This document shows positions 19,061 through 30,073 of a stretch of 43,551 nucleotides of DNA, one piece after another (within the stretch, counting starts at the first letter, position 1; every line of letters begins with the position of its first letter). The position numbers were made by a program, and so were the translations under genes. Location of the stretch: positions 1 through 43,551 of the IMG/VR virus record IMGVR_UViG_3300020045_004267; one strand, given 5' to 3'. Under the pieces are notes generated by a model. The model made no database searches. It worked only from the letters and a program-made list of their open reading frames with translations, and was not told the DNA's origin. This DNA comes from a virus (Duplodnaviria > Caudoviricetes).

Positions 19061-19662
19061 CGGGTGATCGGTATGCCGTCTTTGTGGATGGCCTTGCTGA
19101 CCTGAGCATTGAAGACATCGCTCCTGCCATCGAACGGGCTGCACAGCAGGCTATCAACGCGACGGCTACCCGCAGCCGGAAGGATGTGGCAGACCAAATC
19201 CTGTCCAAGCTGAATTTTCCGGCGACATATCTGAATCCATCAACCAAGCGATTGATCGTCACCAAGCGGGCCCGGCAGGGAGATCTTGAAGCCATCATCA
19301 CTGGCCGTCACCGCGCCACTTCACTCGCACAGTTTGTCACAGGCGGCATACCTGGCAAGAAGGGTGCCCGTGTCAGTATCAAGCGCGGCAGCAGCGTCGA
19401 GATGCCTAATGCCTTCCTGATGAAGCTGCGAGCGGGCAGCAGCGTTGAGACCAAGAACAACATCGGCCTTGCGATCAGGACCAAGCGTGGTGAGCATCCA
19501 AATGCTGCCTATAAGCCTGTGCCGATCAGCGATACACTTTGGCTGCTCTATGGCCCAAGCGTCTCGCAGGCTATGGTATATGCGGCTGAAAAAGAGCAAG
19601 GTGAAGCCTTGAGTTATCTGACTCAGGAATTTGAACGGCTGATCGCAGCGGGGATATACTGA
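19057..19662 (+). CDS. Neck/tail completion protein (gpZ-like)
   Basis: GTGA overlap start; AIN, VNFP-like LNFPATYL, TSLAQF, LLYGPSVSQ. Confidence 0.7.
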   Translation: MTGDRYAVFVDGLADLSIEDIAPAIERAAQQAINATATRSRKDVADQILSKLNFPATYLNPSTKRLIVTKRARQGDLEAIITGRHRATSLAQFVTGGIPGKKGARVSIKRGSSVEMPNAFLMKLRAGSSVETKNNIGLAIRTKRGEHPNAAYKPVPISDTLWLLYGPSVSQAMVYAAEKEQGEALSYLTQEFERLIAAGIY

Positions 19663-20204
19663 TGAGTTTTGCATCCTTTGGAGTTGTCGGCGCGATCAGT
19701 GTGCAGCGGGTGCCTTTTCGTTTGATGATCATGCGCGCTTTGAGCAGCACACTTGAACAGGTCAACCCGACCAATGGATTCACTTATGACATGCGGGGCC
19801 GGGTTTTTCGTGGTCGTGTGCGCTATGGTGAAACCGATCCGATCCCGATGATTTCCATACTTGAAGCGCCGATCCCTATTGAAGTTGTTCATGCTAAAGG
19901 TGATGCCAACAAGTCGAACGGAAACTGGGAACTGCTTGTGCAGGGCTTTGTCGAAGATGACAAACTCAACCCGACCGATCCCGCCCATCACCTGATGGCC
20001 GAAGTGAAAATGGCACTCACCAAGGACAAGGCAAACAATCGCGCAACCAACATCCTCGGGATGAATGGTGCTGTCTATGAGATGTTCATCGGTCAAGGTG
20101 CGGTTCGCCCGCCTGACGAAGCATCGGACAAGGCTTTCTTTTGGTTGACCCTGACTCTGCGTCTCGCAGAAGACTTGGATAACCCTTATGCTCGACTCAC
20201 TTGA
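19662..20204 (+). CDS. Tail terminator protein
   Basis: VFRGR..YG, PMISILE, LLVQGFVEDD..NPTDPA, FFWL; precedes major tail; exact start uncertain. Confidence 0.7.
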   Translation: MSFASFGVVGAISVQRVPFRLMIMRALSSTLEQVNPTNGFTYDMRGRVFRGRVRYGETDPIPMISILEAPIPIEVVHAKGDANKSNGNWELLVQGFVEDDKLNPTDPAHHLMAEVKMALTKDKANNRATNILGMNGAVYEMFIGQGAVRPPDEASDKAFFWLTLTLRLAEDLDNPYARLT

Positions 20205-20277
20205 TACTGTAAACGGGATTGCTTTTGCTGTAAGTCAAGCAAATGGGATGTGATTCCACCAACGAGAGGACTAAAAT

Positions 20278-21054
20278 ATGGCGCGCAATTTGACTGTCGG
20301 TCGTGGCGAACTCTGGTTCGCTCGCTTTGCACCCGGCACCCAAACCCCGACCGGCGAATACTACATCGGGAACAGCCCCGAGTTCAACTTGACCATCGAG
20401 TCCGAAGAACTGGAACACTTCGACTCGGATCATGGCATCAACGAGTTGGATGAATCGATTCCCCTGTCCACCACCCGCTCGGGCAGCTTCACGACCGACG
20501 ACATCAACCCGGACAACCTGGCCAACTTCTTCTTTGGCGAGACCGATGTCTTCACCGTTGTCGGTGCCGCTGTCGTCAATGAGCCGATCCTGAATGTCGT
20601 CAAGGGCATGACCTATCAGCTTGGCACCACCGACATCAGCCCCTCGGGCGCGCGTATGCTGGATGACAGTGTGCCTCTGGTGTTGACGACCGGCGCGACT
20701 GTCCACGTCGCAGGCACTGATTACACCGTGGATTATGAACTGGGTCGTGTGACGATCCTGACAACTGGTGCCATCGCTGCTGATGCCGACCTTGCTGCCG
20801 ACTATACCACTCTGGACTCGGCCCGTACCCGCACCATTTCCGGCTCGCAGCCGGTGGCCGGGACCATGCGTTACATCAGCTTCAACCCTGCTGGCGCGCG
20901 GATCGACTACTTCATGCCCTATGTGAAGCTGTCGCCGAATGGTGACTTCGCGCTCAAGGGCGACGAGTGGCAGACCATCCCCTTCACCGTTCAGGTGCTG
21001 AAGAAAGAGGGTCTGGAAGCCCTGTATCTGGATGGCCGTCCCTACGCTGTATAA
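20278..21054 (+). CDS. Major tail tube protein
   Basis: GRGELWF, YIGNSPEF, NLANFF, PYVKLSPNGDFALKGDEW. Confidence 0.85.
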   Translation: MARNLTVGRGELWFARFAPGTQTPTGEYYIGNSPEFNLTIESEELEHFDSDHGINELDESIPLSTTRSGSFTTDDINPDNLANFFFGETDVFTVVGAAVVNEPILNVVKGMTYQLGTTDISPSGARMLDDSVPLVLTTGATVHVAGTDYTVDYELGRVTILTTGAIAADADLAADYTTLDSARTRTISGSQPVAGTMRYISFNPAGARIDYFMPYVKLSPNGDFALKGDEWQTIPFTVQVLKKEGLEALYLDGRPYAV

Positions 21055-21082
21055 CTGAACCTGCCCTGAATAGGAGAACTTC

Positions 21083-21571
21083 ATGGCACTAGAAGACTAT
21101 GACATCGAGAAGGCCGATGTCGCACTCCCGAACGGATCAACATTTTCCGTTCGGGGGCTTTCGTTGGCAGACATCGCGCCTTTGATTTCAAAGCGTCGTC
21201 CGCAGATCGAAGCCTTTTTCATCAAGTACGCAGGCAAGGATACCAAGATCAAAAACAAAACGGCTGCTTCTATCGCAGCCGGGGCCATGGTTACGGAATC
21301 CGCTATGGAACTGCTCACTGTCGCACCAGAGTTGGCAGCAGAGATCATCGCAAACGCCGCCGACCGCGCACACCTTCTGCCAAAGATCATGGCTCTGCCG
21401 ATCACTGTTCAGATCGAAGCATTGACCAAGATCGCCACGCTCACCTTTGACGCGGCTGGTGGGCCGGGAAACTTCTTCGCGGCGCTGACTCAGGTAATCG
21501 GGGGAACAACCGATCTTCTGAGCAGCCTCAATCGGTCGCGGATTGGCTCGTCGGCGTTCGCAGGCAAGTAA
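21083..21571 (+). CDS. Tail assembly chaperone (gpG-like)
   Basis: Between major tail and tape measure; contains slippery site GGGAAAC. Confidence 0.85.
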   Translation: MALEDYDIEKADVALPNGSTFSVRGLSLADIAPLISKRRPQIEAFFIKYAGKDTKIKNKTAASIAAGAMVTESAMELLTVAPELAAEIIANAADRAHLLPKIMALPITVQIEALTKIATLTFDAAGGPGNFFAALTQVIGGTTDLLSSLNRSRIGSSAFAGK

Positions 21572-21774
21572 GTCTGCTTTTGGCTAACGGGCATCCTAGT
21601 GCTGCCCGTTACCCCATCGGCAAGGTCTTCTTTGAATGCGAGTTTGTGGTTGAGCGATTGAACCGCGAACATGCAAGTTATTTCAGCCTTCTTCAGCTAA
21701 CAGTGTCTTCGGTCTTCTCGAAGAAAGGCGCGGCTGAGTTCAAAAAACAGATGAAAAAAATGGCCGGCGATTAG
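21466..21774 (+). CDS. Tail assembly chaperone -1 frameshift extension (gpT-like)
   Basis: G-GGA-AAC at 21466-21472 is correctly phased; the -1 frame is open to the stop at 21774 (WLVGVRRQVSLLLANGHP...). Confidence 0.85.
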   Translation, partial: GKLLRGADSGNRGNNRSSEQPQSVADWLVGVRRQVSLLLANGHPSAARYPIGKVFFECEFVVERLNREHASYFSLLQLTVSSVFSKKGAAEFKKQMKKMAGD

Positions 21775-21832
21775 TGATAGTCGCCGTCACAACTTTCGTT
21801 TAGGTTCCCCCTGAGCGGTGAATGAGGGCAGC

Positions 21833-24800
21833 ATGGCAAACCGGGACGTTCAACTTATCATCCGGGCCAAAAATCAGGCCAGCAAGACTCTCGAAGCCGT
21901 TGCCAAATCCCTTGATGAATTTTCCAGCAAGCAGGATCGTCTCACCAGTTCCAGCAACGACACCGATCAGGCTATCGGATCGCTCGGCACCCAGTTTGCC
22001 AAGCTGAACAGCCAAATCGAAGGGTCGAAGGCTATCGACCGCATGTCCGGTAATCTGGACAAGGCTGCGACCGGCATCAACAACCTGCGCGGCACCGTCG
22101 CAAAGTCCGAAGCATCTCTGGCCGAATATGAAGCGGAAGCTGCTGATGCGTCGGCTGCTGTTTCGACGCTGACAGATCGGTCGGAAGAACTGACGGCCAC
22201 GATCCGCAAGCAAAAGGCCGACCTCGCCGAGTCCGCGAAAGACATCACCACTGTCGCGGCAGCAACCCGCGAACTCGCCCGTGCAGAAGCCGCCTATCAA
22301 AAGCAGATCGCTCGTCAGGCCAAAGATAAGAACGTGGATACCGGCGCTGCTCAGAAGCGGCTTGAGGATGCACAGGCTACCAAGAAGACTGCCGACGAGG
22401 CCGCTGTGTCCGCACAGGTGCAGCGTGAAGCCATCGCGCAAACCAACAAGGCTCTGATCGAAAACAACGCCGCCTTGCGGGAAGCTGCCAAGTTTCACAA
22501 GAACCTGCAAGTCGCCGTCGAGACCGAGACACAATCCCTCAACACCAACCGGGTCGCACTCGAACAGGGTGAAGCTGTTTACGGTGAACTGCGCGCCAAG
22601 GTCACACAGGCCGCTCAGGCGTTCGGTGTAGTGGCCGACGAGCAGGGTCGTGTCGCATCCATAACCCCGCGCGTGACCATGGAAGCGCAGCGCCTGGTTG
22701 ACGTGATGGAAGCACTCGCCCGGTACTCGACGCGGGGCCCGGCCGGTTTCGTTGACGCATCCAGCGCTGCCCAATTCCGTAAGGTGCGCGCAGAACTCGA
22801 AGCCAACAAGGCGGCATGGGAAGATCTCCAAGTTGAGATCGCTCGCACGGCCAAGGAAATGAAGGCGACGAGCAAGCCGACGCAAGAGCAGATCGAGGAC
22901 TTCTCGCGCTTGACGCGCGCCGCCCGCGCAGCCAAGGATACCAACGAGCAGCTTCAGGCTGCTATGCACAAGCTGCAAGAGACCTCGAAAGGTTTCACGG
23001 TCACTCAGAGGACCGCCGCCGACGCCACCAAACGACTGACCGACGACCAACTTCGTCAGGGCGTTGCTTTGCGCGAACTTTCGACCGCAATCGACCGTTA
23101 TCGGACTGGGGCGAACTCTCTCGCATCTGCACCCGTGGCCGAAGGTTTGCGCAAGCAGAATGCCGAACTGATCGAATCCAAGCGGCGTGTCGATGTTCTC
23201 GCAGATGCCTTTGAAAAGCTGAACAACCAGATCGCTCGCGGTGACAGCAGCGCATCGACGGCTCGCAGATTCCGTGAGATCGGGGCTGCTCTGAAAATCG
23301 CACAGCGGGAAGCCAAAGAGGCCGCTGCTGCCCTGACCAAATTGTCAGATGCCGACCGGCGCGGAATTTTCAGCGGCAGCATCAATTCTTCGCGCACGGC
23401 TCTTTCCACCTTCCAGCGTATCCGGGGCGAGATCCTTGGCCTTGCGACCGCCTATGTCGGCTTGTACGCGACCATATCGAACGTGTCTGGCGTCATCAGT
23501 GCCTATCAGAAAATGGAAGCTGCACAGAACCGCCTTGGCGTCGTATTCGGCCAGGATGGAACAGCCGTTCGCGGTGAAATGCAGTTCCTGCAAGCACAGG
23601 CTCAACGACTCGGCATCGAGTTTGGCTCACTCGCGGATCAGTACACCAAGTTTGCCGTCGCTGCCGACGCATCCAACTTCTCGCTTGGCGCAACCCGTGA
23701 GATTTTCCTCTCGGTGGCCGAAGCCGGTCGGGTGAACAAACTTTCGCTTGACGACATGAATGGCGTCTTCCTCGCACTTCAACAAATTATCTCGAAGGGG
23801 CGAATCGGTTCTGAAGAATTGCGGCAGCAGCTTGGGGAACGCTTGCCGGGCGCAATGCAGATCATGGCTGACGCGCTTGGCTATACGACTGCCGAACTGT
23901 CTGAGATGATGGAACAGGGCGAAGTCATCGCCAATGAAAGCAACCTGCTGTCATTCGCTCGGGAATTGCAAAAGCGGTTCGGATCGCAGCTTCCCGCCGC
24001 TTTGAAATCGACCACGACCCTGATCGGCAAATTCTGGGACAACGTGTTTCAGGCGCAGCTTCAAGTCGCCAACGGCGGATTCATCGAGGGCTTCAATTCC
24101 CTTCTGAAAGAGATGAACAGCTTTTTCCAAAGCCGGGAAGGGCGTGACTTCTTCCTGTCGCTTGGCGCTGCTGCCGGTAAGCTGGCCGAAGGTCTGCAAT
24201 TTGTGGTGGCGAATTTTGCCACGTTCAAAGCGGCTGCAATCGCAGTCGTCGCAATCAAGATCGGTCAATGGTTCACTGGACTCGCTGGTAACATGCTTGC
24301 CGCGATCAAGACCGCCAAGGACGCCGGGGCGAGCGTCATCGAACTGGCCGTGCAGCAAAAGTCTGCCGCTGTGCAGGCGAGATTGTTGGGTGCAGCGACG
24401 GCAGCATCCTCGGTCAGCATTGTCGCATTTGATCAGAACCTGAGTAAATCCTATCGCGGCGTTGGCTTGTTCGCACAGGCTGGCAATCTGGCGACAAGTG
24501 CTGTCACCAATCTTGGCGTCAAGTCGCTTGTGGCCCGTGCTGGAATGGCGGCATTGACGACGACAACGGCGATCACAACAGCGGGCATCCGGGCACTCAG
24601 CACGGCAGCGAGCCTGTTCGGTGGACCGCTGGCAATCGTGATCCAGTTTTTGACCATTGTGGGCAGTTTCTATCTTGCTGACTGGATCGGTGGCGTCGAT
24701 GCCGCGACCGTCGCAATGGATGAACATAGCCGCATTTTGCAGGCTGTCTTGGGTGACTATGATCGGCTGAAAAATACTACCGGCGATTGGGCTGACGAGA

Positions 24801-27136
24801 TCAAGACCGTCAGCCTTGATCAAGCCGAAAAAAACCTCAAGAACATGGTCGAGATCTTCGAGGAAATGCGGGTCGGAAACGAAGCGCTTCGGGCTTCTGC
24901 CGCTGGCATCTCTCTCAGCCCGTTTGATGATGCGAGCGACAAGCAGGCTCGTGAGATGGCGGAAGCCGTCAAGGATTTGGCAACCGAATTTGCCAAGGGC
25001 GACATCACGGCCAAGAAGTACCGCGAACGCCTGGAAGACCTTTACAAATCGACCGACAGCAACGTGATCAAGGACTACTTGAGTGGTCTGCTGGATACCG
25101 CCCGTGCCATGGAAGCACAGGCCGAAAACACCACCATCGCCGCGCAGATCGCAGAGAAGTTTGGCAGTACCCTTGACATTCTCGGTGGGGCACTCGGCCT
25201 TGCTGCCGTTGGCCTTGAAGACATGGCTGAAGCTGGTGAGGATGCCAACACCGTATTCGATAAAGGCGTCGGATCGGTCGATGCTTACAGTGAGGCGTTG
25301 ACCAAGCTGCAAGGAAAGATTCCAGCACTCGCGGCTGAGATGAAAAAGCTGAAAGACCTTGCTGAAATCGACGCAAGTTTTGCAGAAGGCTTGGCCGCAA
25401 TCGGCGGCAGGGACGACGCATTTGCAGCCGAAAAATACAACACGCTTTCGGGCGCTCGTGACGCTGCGATCACCGCTGTTCTCAGTGAAGCCGACGCAGC
25501 CACCTTCAAAGAAATTGCCGGAAACACCAAAGTATCCCAGCAGCTTTTTGCAGACATCTTCGAGGAAGAGTCCTTCCGCAGCGAAGCATATGACGATGGC
25601 TATGGCACCCAGACCATCGGCTATGGATCGACCTATCTGGATGGCAAGCCTGTGCAGGCTGGTCAGGTGATCACGCAAGAGCAGGCTATGCGGCAGGCTG
25701 TCAATGACCTTGCCAAGCTGATTGCAGGCATCGAAGCCCGTGTTGACGTGCCGCTGTCTGATGGTCAGATGCGGGCGCTGGTCTCATATGCCTACAATGC
25801 CGGGATCGGCTCGCTTGAACGTGACGGCATCCTGCAAAAGCTGAATGCGGGCGACTACGGTGGCGCTGAAAACGCGATCCGCAATGGCGTCAACACCTCG
25901 GGCGGAGTCTACGTCGAAGGTCTGGCAAAGCGCCGGGCCCGCGAAGCTGATCTGTTTGCCAGCGGGGCCGACGATCCGGCTGTCATCGAGTCCATTTACG
26001 AGACCGAAAAGAAGATCACCGAAGAAAAACAGAAGCAGTCGGAAGCGACCGCCAAGGAACTCGGGGATCTCAACTTCGAGAACGAATCCCTGCAAAAGAA
26101 ACTCGACGGCAAAACCCGCGAAGTCTTCATCGAGGAAGGTATCCGGGCGCTGCGGGAAGCCAATGCTGCGATCACCGATGCTGAAATCGCTTCGGCAACC
26201 GAACTGCTTGGTAAGCAATTCGATCTGAATGCACAGCTTGAAGTGCAGAAGAAGACCGGCACCGAGATTGAGCAGATCGAACAGCGGATCAATGACCTTG
26301 AGACTCAGCGCAATGCCCTGCTTGAGCAGCGCGCGATCTATGAGGAAAACGGCAACACTGAAAAAGTGACCGACATTGACGCTCAGGTTCTGGCGCTCAA
26401 CACCCAGCTTACAACCGCCATCGCACAAGCCCAGCAGATGCACCTTGCTCTTGGCGGGGCCGGGGCTGATGCCAGCATCGCAAAGCTGCAAGCTATGGGT
26501 CTGGCGATTGAGAACGCCAACACCAGCGGCCAGAAGATGAAGTACACGGCCACTCAGATGCAGGAAAGCATCGCGTCTTCGCTTGGCAGCGGGATCGTCA
26601 GCCTTGTCGATACATTCGCTTCTGCTGTGGCGAATGGTGAAGATGCAATCGGTGCCCTGGCTGACGGCTTCCGTCAATTTGCTGCCAACTTCCTGCTGAT
26701 GATCGCAAAGATGATCCTTGAGCAGATCACCTTCAACGCTGTGCAACAGATCTCGAAAGCGTTGACGGGTGGCCTTGGTGGCTTCATGGGCTTCCATACG
26801 GGCGGTGTGGTGGGTGCGGCAGGCAATCCGATGATCCAAGCCTCACCCGCTTGGTTCGCCAACGCCACGCGCTACCACACTGGCGGGATCGCTGGTCTCA
26901 AGCCCGGTGAGATGCCTGCTGTGCTGAAAGTTGGAGAAGAAGTGTTGACGGAAAAAGACCCCAGGCATATTCGCAATGGCGGGGCCGCGAAGGGTACGGG
27001 TTCGACTCGAGTCGTCAATATGTTCGACGCTGCTTCTTTCTTGTCCGAGTCGCTGAGTGCGGTTATTGGCGAAGAAGCAATCCTGAATTATGTCCGGGCA
27101 AATCCGTCCGCTTTCAAAGAGGCTATGGGAAACTGA
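21833..27136 (+). CDS. Tape measure protein with embedded GH24 lysozyme domain
   Basis: ~1770 aa Ala-rich helical; tape-measure motif QIISKGRIGSEELRQQLGERLPGA; EESFRSEAYDDG..TIGYG...GLAKRR. Confidence 0.95.
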   Translation: MANRDVQLIIRAKNQASKTLEAVAKSLDEFSSKQDRLTSSSNDTDQAIGSLGTQFAKLNSQIEGSKAIDRMSGNLDKAATGINNLRGTVAKSEASLAEYEAEAADASAAVSTLTDRSEELTATIRKQKADLAESAKDITTVAAATRELARAEAAYQKQIARQAKDKNVDTGAAQKRLEDAQATKKTADEAAVSAQVQREAIAQTNKALIENNAALREAAKFHKNLQVAVETETQSLNTNRVALEQGEAVYGELRAKVTQAAQAFGVVADEQGRVASITPRVTMEAQRLVDVMEALARYSTRGPAGFVDASSAAQFRKVRAELEANKAAWEDLQVEIARTAKEMKATSKPTQEQIEDFSRLTRAARAAKDTNEQLQAAMHKLQETSKGFTVTQRTAADATKRLTDDQLRQGVALRELSTAIDRYRTGANSLASAPVAEGLRKQNAELIESKRRVDVLADAFEKLNNQIARGDSSASTARRFREIGAALKIAQREAKEAAAALTKLSDADRRGIFSGSINSSRTALSTFQRIRGEILGLATAYVGLYATISNVSGVISAYQKMEAAQNRLGVVFGQDGTAVRGEMQFLQAQAQRLGIEFGSLADQYTKFAVAADASNFSLGATREIFLSVAEAGRVNKLSLDDMNGVFLALQQIISKGRIGSEELRQQLGERLPGAMQIMADALGYTTAELSEMMEQGEVIANESNLLSFARELQKRFGSQLPAALKSTTTLIGKFWDNVFQAQLQVANGGFIEGFNSLLKEMNSFFQSREGRDFFLSLGAAAGKLAEGLQFVVANFATFKAAAIAVVAIKIGQWFTGLAGNMLAAIKTAKDAGASVIELAVQQKSAAVQARLLGAATAASSVSIVAFDQNLSKSYRGVGLFAQAGNLATSAVTNLGVKSLVARAGMAALTTTTAITTAGIRALSTAASLFGGPLAIVIQFLTIVGSFYLADWIGGVDAATVAMDEHSRILQAVLGDYDRLKNTTGDWADEIKTVSLDQAEKNLKNMVEIFEEMRVGNEALRASAAGISLSPFDDASDKQAREMAEAVKDLATEFAKGDITAKKYRERLEDLYKSTDSNVIKDYLSGLLDTARAMEAQAENTTIAAQIAEKFGSTLDILGGALGLAAVGLEDMAEAGEDANTVFDKGVGSVDAYSEALTKLQGKIPALAAEMKKLKDLAEIDASFAEGLAAIGGRDDAFAAEKYNTLSGARDAAITAVLSEADAATFKEIAGNTKVSQQLFADIFEEESFRSEAYDDGYGTQTIGYGSTYLDGKPVQAGQVITQEQAMRQAVNDLAKLIAGIEARVDVPLSDGQMRALVSYAYNAGIGSLERDGILQKLNAGDYGGAENAIRNGVNTSGGVYVEGLAKRRAREADLFASGADDPAVIESIYETEKKITEEKQKQSEATAKELGDLNFENESLQKKLDGKTREVFIEEGIRALREANAAITDAEIASATELLGKQFDLNAQLEVQKKTGTEIEQIEQRINDLETQRNALLEQRAIYEENGNTEKVTDIDAQVLALNTQLTTAIAQAQQMHLALGGAGADASIAKLQAMGLAIENANTSGQKMKYTATQMQESIASSLGSGIVSLVDTFASAVANGEDAIGALADGFRQFAANFLLMIAKMILEQITFNAVQQISKALTGGLGGFMGFHTGGVVGAAGNPMIQASPAWFANATRYHTGGIAGLKPGEMPAVLKVGEEVLTEKDPRHIRNGGAAKGTGSTRVVNMFDAASFLSESLSAVIGEEAILNYVRANPSAFKEAMGN

Positions 27137-27137
27137 T

Positions 27138-28133
27138 ATGGCATTTGAATCAGGCACAGTCGCGGGCAACATCGCCATCTGGGACAAGATCATCGACTTC
27201 CTCACCACTGACACGACTCTTGTCGGCGGCGGTGAGGAATGGCAGATCGTTTGGACTCACGCATCAGGTGAGGCCGAAGGCGTCGTACTCAGGGGGCCGG
27301 GCACTGGCGGCACCGATGAGATCTTTGTCGGTCTGATCCGCGTCGACTCTGTCGATACCGATGCGAACCACATCCAGATTTACGGCATGACCGGCATCGT
27401 GGATAGCGCGATCACCATGGAAGATCACATCAACGTCTCGGCACAGGTCCGCATTTGGGCTGATGCCAGTACGATGAAATACTGGATCATTGCGAACGGT
27501 CGGCGCTTCTGCTTGGTGCTGAATATGTCAACGGTCTATCAGGCCGCATACGCTGGTCTTTTCCTACCCTATGCGCCCCCAACCTCGTACCCCTACCCCA
27601 TGTTCATCGGCGGCACCTCGAACATCGACACGACCGTTGCGAACTGGCGTTCGGCATCGACCTTCCATAGTCAATTTCCGTTTTCACCCAAGATCGTCAG
27701 TGCGGCCAGCGTCGGTGATCTTCCCGCAAACGCTTGGCTTCTGGACAGCACGGGCGCATGGCTTTCTGTCACCAGTGATCAGTTTGGCGACGTTTTCATC
27801 ATGCCCACCTATGTCGATACCCTTGACGATGATGAGGTGGATCGCTGGCGCTTGTACGCGGCGTTCAGCGTCACTCAGAACAAGTTGGGATACGAGACGA
27901 TCAGGTCGCGCATCACCACCTCATACGGCGGCGGCTATGCAGTTGAGCAGATGACCTTGGCGCGGGTCAGCCCTTTGACCGAGATGTTCGGGGTGCTGGA
28001 TGGCGCTTTCTTTTGTGCTGGTGTTGGGAACGCCGTCGAGAATATCATCCAGATTGACAGCGTTGATTATGTGGTCGTGCAGGACGTTTTCCGCACATCG
28101 ACCTTGGACTATTGGGCAATGCGTTTGGAGTGA
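27138..28133 (+). CDS. Virion structural / distal tail protein
   Basis: Follows TMP; YW..ANGRR, YQAAYAGLFLPYA..YPYPMFIGG, GVLDG, VVQDVFR. Confidence 0.75.
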   Translation: MAFESGTVAGNIAIWDKIIDFLTTDTTLVGGGEEWQIVWTHASGEAEGVVLRGPGTGGTDEIFVGLIRVDSVDTDANHIQIYGMTGIVDSAITMEDHINVSAQVRIWADASTMKYWIIANGRRFCLVLNMSTVYQAAYAGLFLPYAPPTSYPYPMFIGGTSNIDTTVANWRSASTFHSQFPFSPKIVSAASVGDLPANAWLLDSTGAWLSVTSDQFGDVFIMPTYVDTLDDDEVDRWRLYAAFSVTQNKLGYETIRSRITTSYGGGYAVEQMTLARVSPLTEMFGVLDGAFFCAGVGNAVENIIQIDSVDYVVVQDVFRTSTLDYWAMRLE

Positions 28134-28136
28134 ATC

Positions 28137-29111
28137 ATGGCATACGCTGAACATACGATCACTACCATCGCAGAGATCCCCGCACTGGTTGCTGACTTCG
28201 CTGAAACTCTCGGCTGGATCAACAGCGGCGTGTGCGTTTTGCAGCACCCCGACTATATGGGACTCGGGCCGGGTGGCTTGACCTTCACGGTTACGGGCGG
28301 TGGGAACATCCTGAACGTCGCTTGTTCCGGTCCCGGTAACTCTGCCTATGTGCAGGCGCCGGTACTCGGGGCTGTTCCGGGCACATCACCCGCGCCGACC
28401 AAGCTGTTCTTGATCGGCATGATGACGCCGGAACCCTACATCGCCATCGTGATCCAATTCGGTTACAACAGCTATCGCCATATGTATCTCGGCTTCATGG
28501 AGAAGATCGGCGATTATGAGGGTGGCGAGATCATCGGCGGTCACAATGGCCCGCATCTCGCATTTACGGGTGGCCCGCTGGATTGGCAGTCGCGCGGTGG
28601 CGTTCACACGCTGTTCAAAGGGACTCAATCCCTGCTGGTCAACAGTGCGAATTGTGGCGGCGTTCACGTCGATCATGCTGACAACCCGTCGCATTGGCGT
28701 CACTTCCGCACCTCGGGCTTGAGCAGCCAATTCTTTGATCCTGCCAGCATGGATGGTGAAGAAGCAATCGGCGGCTTTGGTGACGGCTACAACGATATGT
28801 TTGCGGCGCGGGGCCGGAACAACCTGGCGGGCGCGGCTGTGCTGAGTCCGATCAACCTGTTCGCAACGCAGCCGGTCACATCCGAAGTGCGCTTCCGTCC
28901 CATCGGTCGGCCCGCTGGCATTCGCCTGATCAACATTGCGAACCTCGAACCTGAAGCCACGACCTCGATCAGCACAGAGGTTTGGCACTCGTTTGCAGCG
29001 CTTTCGAAGCGAAGCGAAATCACGATGCCTTCAAGTGATGGTAGCACTCTGGCGCGTTTCCGGTCATATGAAAGCAGCTATCACTTGGGCTATGCGTATC
29101 GGAGCGAATAA
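28137..29111 (+). CDS. Virion structural / minor tail protein
   Basis: GGAG RBS; YRHMYLGFMEKIG.Y.GG; tail-tip position. Confidence 0.7.
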   Translation: MAYAEHTITTIAEIPALVADFAETLGWINSGVCVLQHPDYMGLGPGGLTFTVTGGGNILNVACSGPGNSAYVQAPVLGAVPGTSPAPTKLFLIGMMTPEPYIAIVIQFGYNSYRHMYLGFMEKIGDYEGGEIIGGHNGPHLAFTGGPLDWQSRGGVHTLFKGTQSLLVNSANCGGVHVDHADNPSHWRHFRTSGLSSQFFDPASMDGEEAIGGFGDGYNDMFAARGRNNLAGAAVLSPINLFATQPVTSEVRFRPIGRPAGIRLINIANLEPEATTSISTEVWHSFAALSKRSEITMPSSDGSTLARFRSYESSYHLGYAYRSE

Positions 29112-30073
29112 TGCCGACCTTCTCGGGCGCAAAGATGTTTGACGATCTGCTGTTCACCACGATTCCGACCGCAGAACCGACAACCGGCCTGCACCTCGGG
29201 GAATGGCTTTATTCGATTGACGGTCTGCCGATCACCTATGGCGACTTCGGTGATGAAAGCCCAGCCTTCCGGTATGTCGATACCTTCTCGGGCGACTTCA
29301 TCGGGTCGTACTTTGACGACTATTACAACCGCATCTGGTTCATCCCGCCGCGCGTTGACCTCGGGGCTGTCATATCGAATGTGACCTCGAACGTCTTCGT
29401 TTGGAATACCAACACGGTGCCGTCGACTCTCACATCTGTCGTCTATCCTGATGATGAAAGCCTGAGCCTTGCCGACTTCACAGCCCTTGATGTGCTGCCC
29501 GCTCTTTATGGTCGGTACTTCGGTGTGCAGGCTCTGGGTGACGGGCCGTCGCAGATCGCCGGCGATTTTGTCTTCAACTTCGACACCGATGAGTCGCTGA
29601 CCCTACCCGTGACCGGCAACCGTTCGCGCCTTTGGGAGTTCCCGCCGAACTGGTCGCAGGGCTACGAAATGAGCCTTGAATATCGTACTGAGATCATCCG
29701 GTCATATGACGGCAGCGAGCAGCGTCAATCCAGCAGGCAGACACCGCGCAAGTCGGTATCGTTCTCGGCTGTCGTGCATGATGCGACCTTCCGAAAATTC
29801 GTGCAGCACATGAATGCTTGGCATCAGCGCGCGACAATGGTGCCTGAGTTCGGCCGGGCCCACAAGCTGACGGAAGCCGTGGTTGCAGGCGCTATCTTCC
29901 TGCCCTTGGTGCCGTCGCAATGGATGGTCATTGGCGGGGCTGTGGCGTTGTTCAGTGGTAACGTGACGACCAATCGCAGCAGCATTCGCATCATCGAGGA
30001 CATTGACCCTGACGGCATTTGGCTGTTCGCGCCGCTAACCGATGATTGGGCAGCAGGCTCGCGCGTCTATCCC
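29111..30073 (+). pseudogene. Minor tail protein truncated at inversion junction
   Basis: Tail-like up to WAAGSRVYP (DDYYNRIW, PNW, GSEQR..R.PR); the rest of the 430-aa ORF is antisense of the tip protein. Confidence 0.75.
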
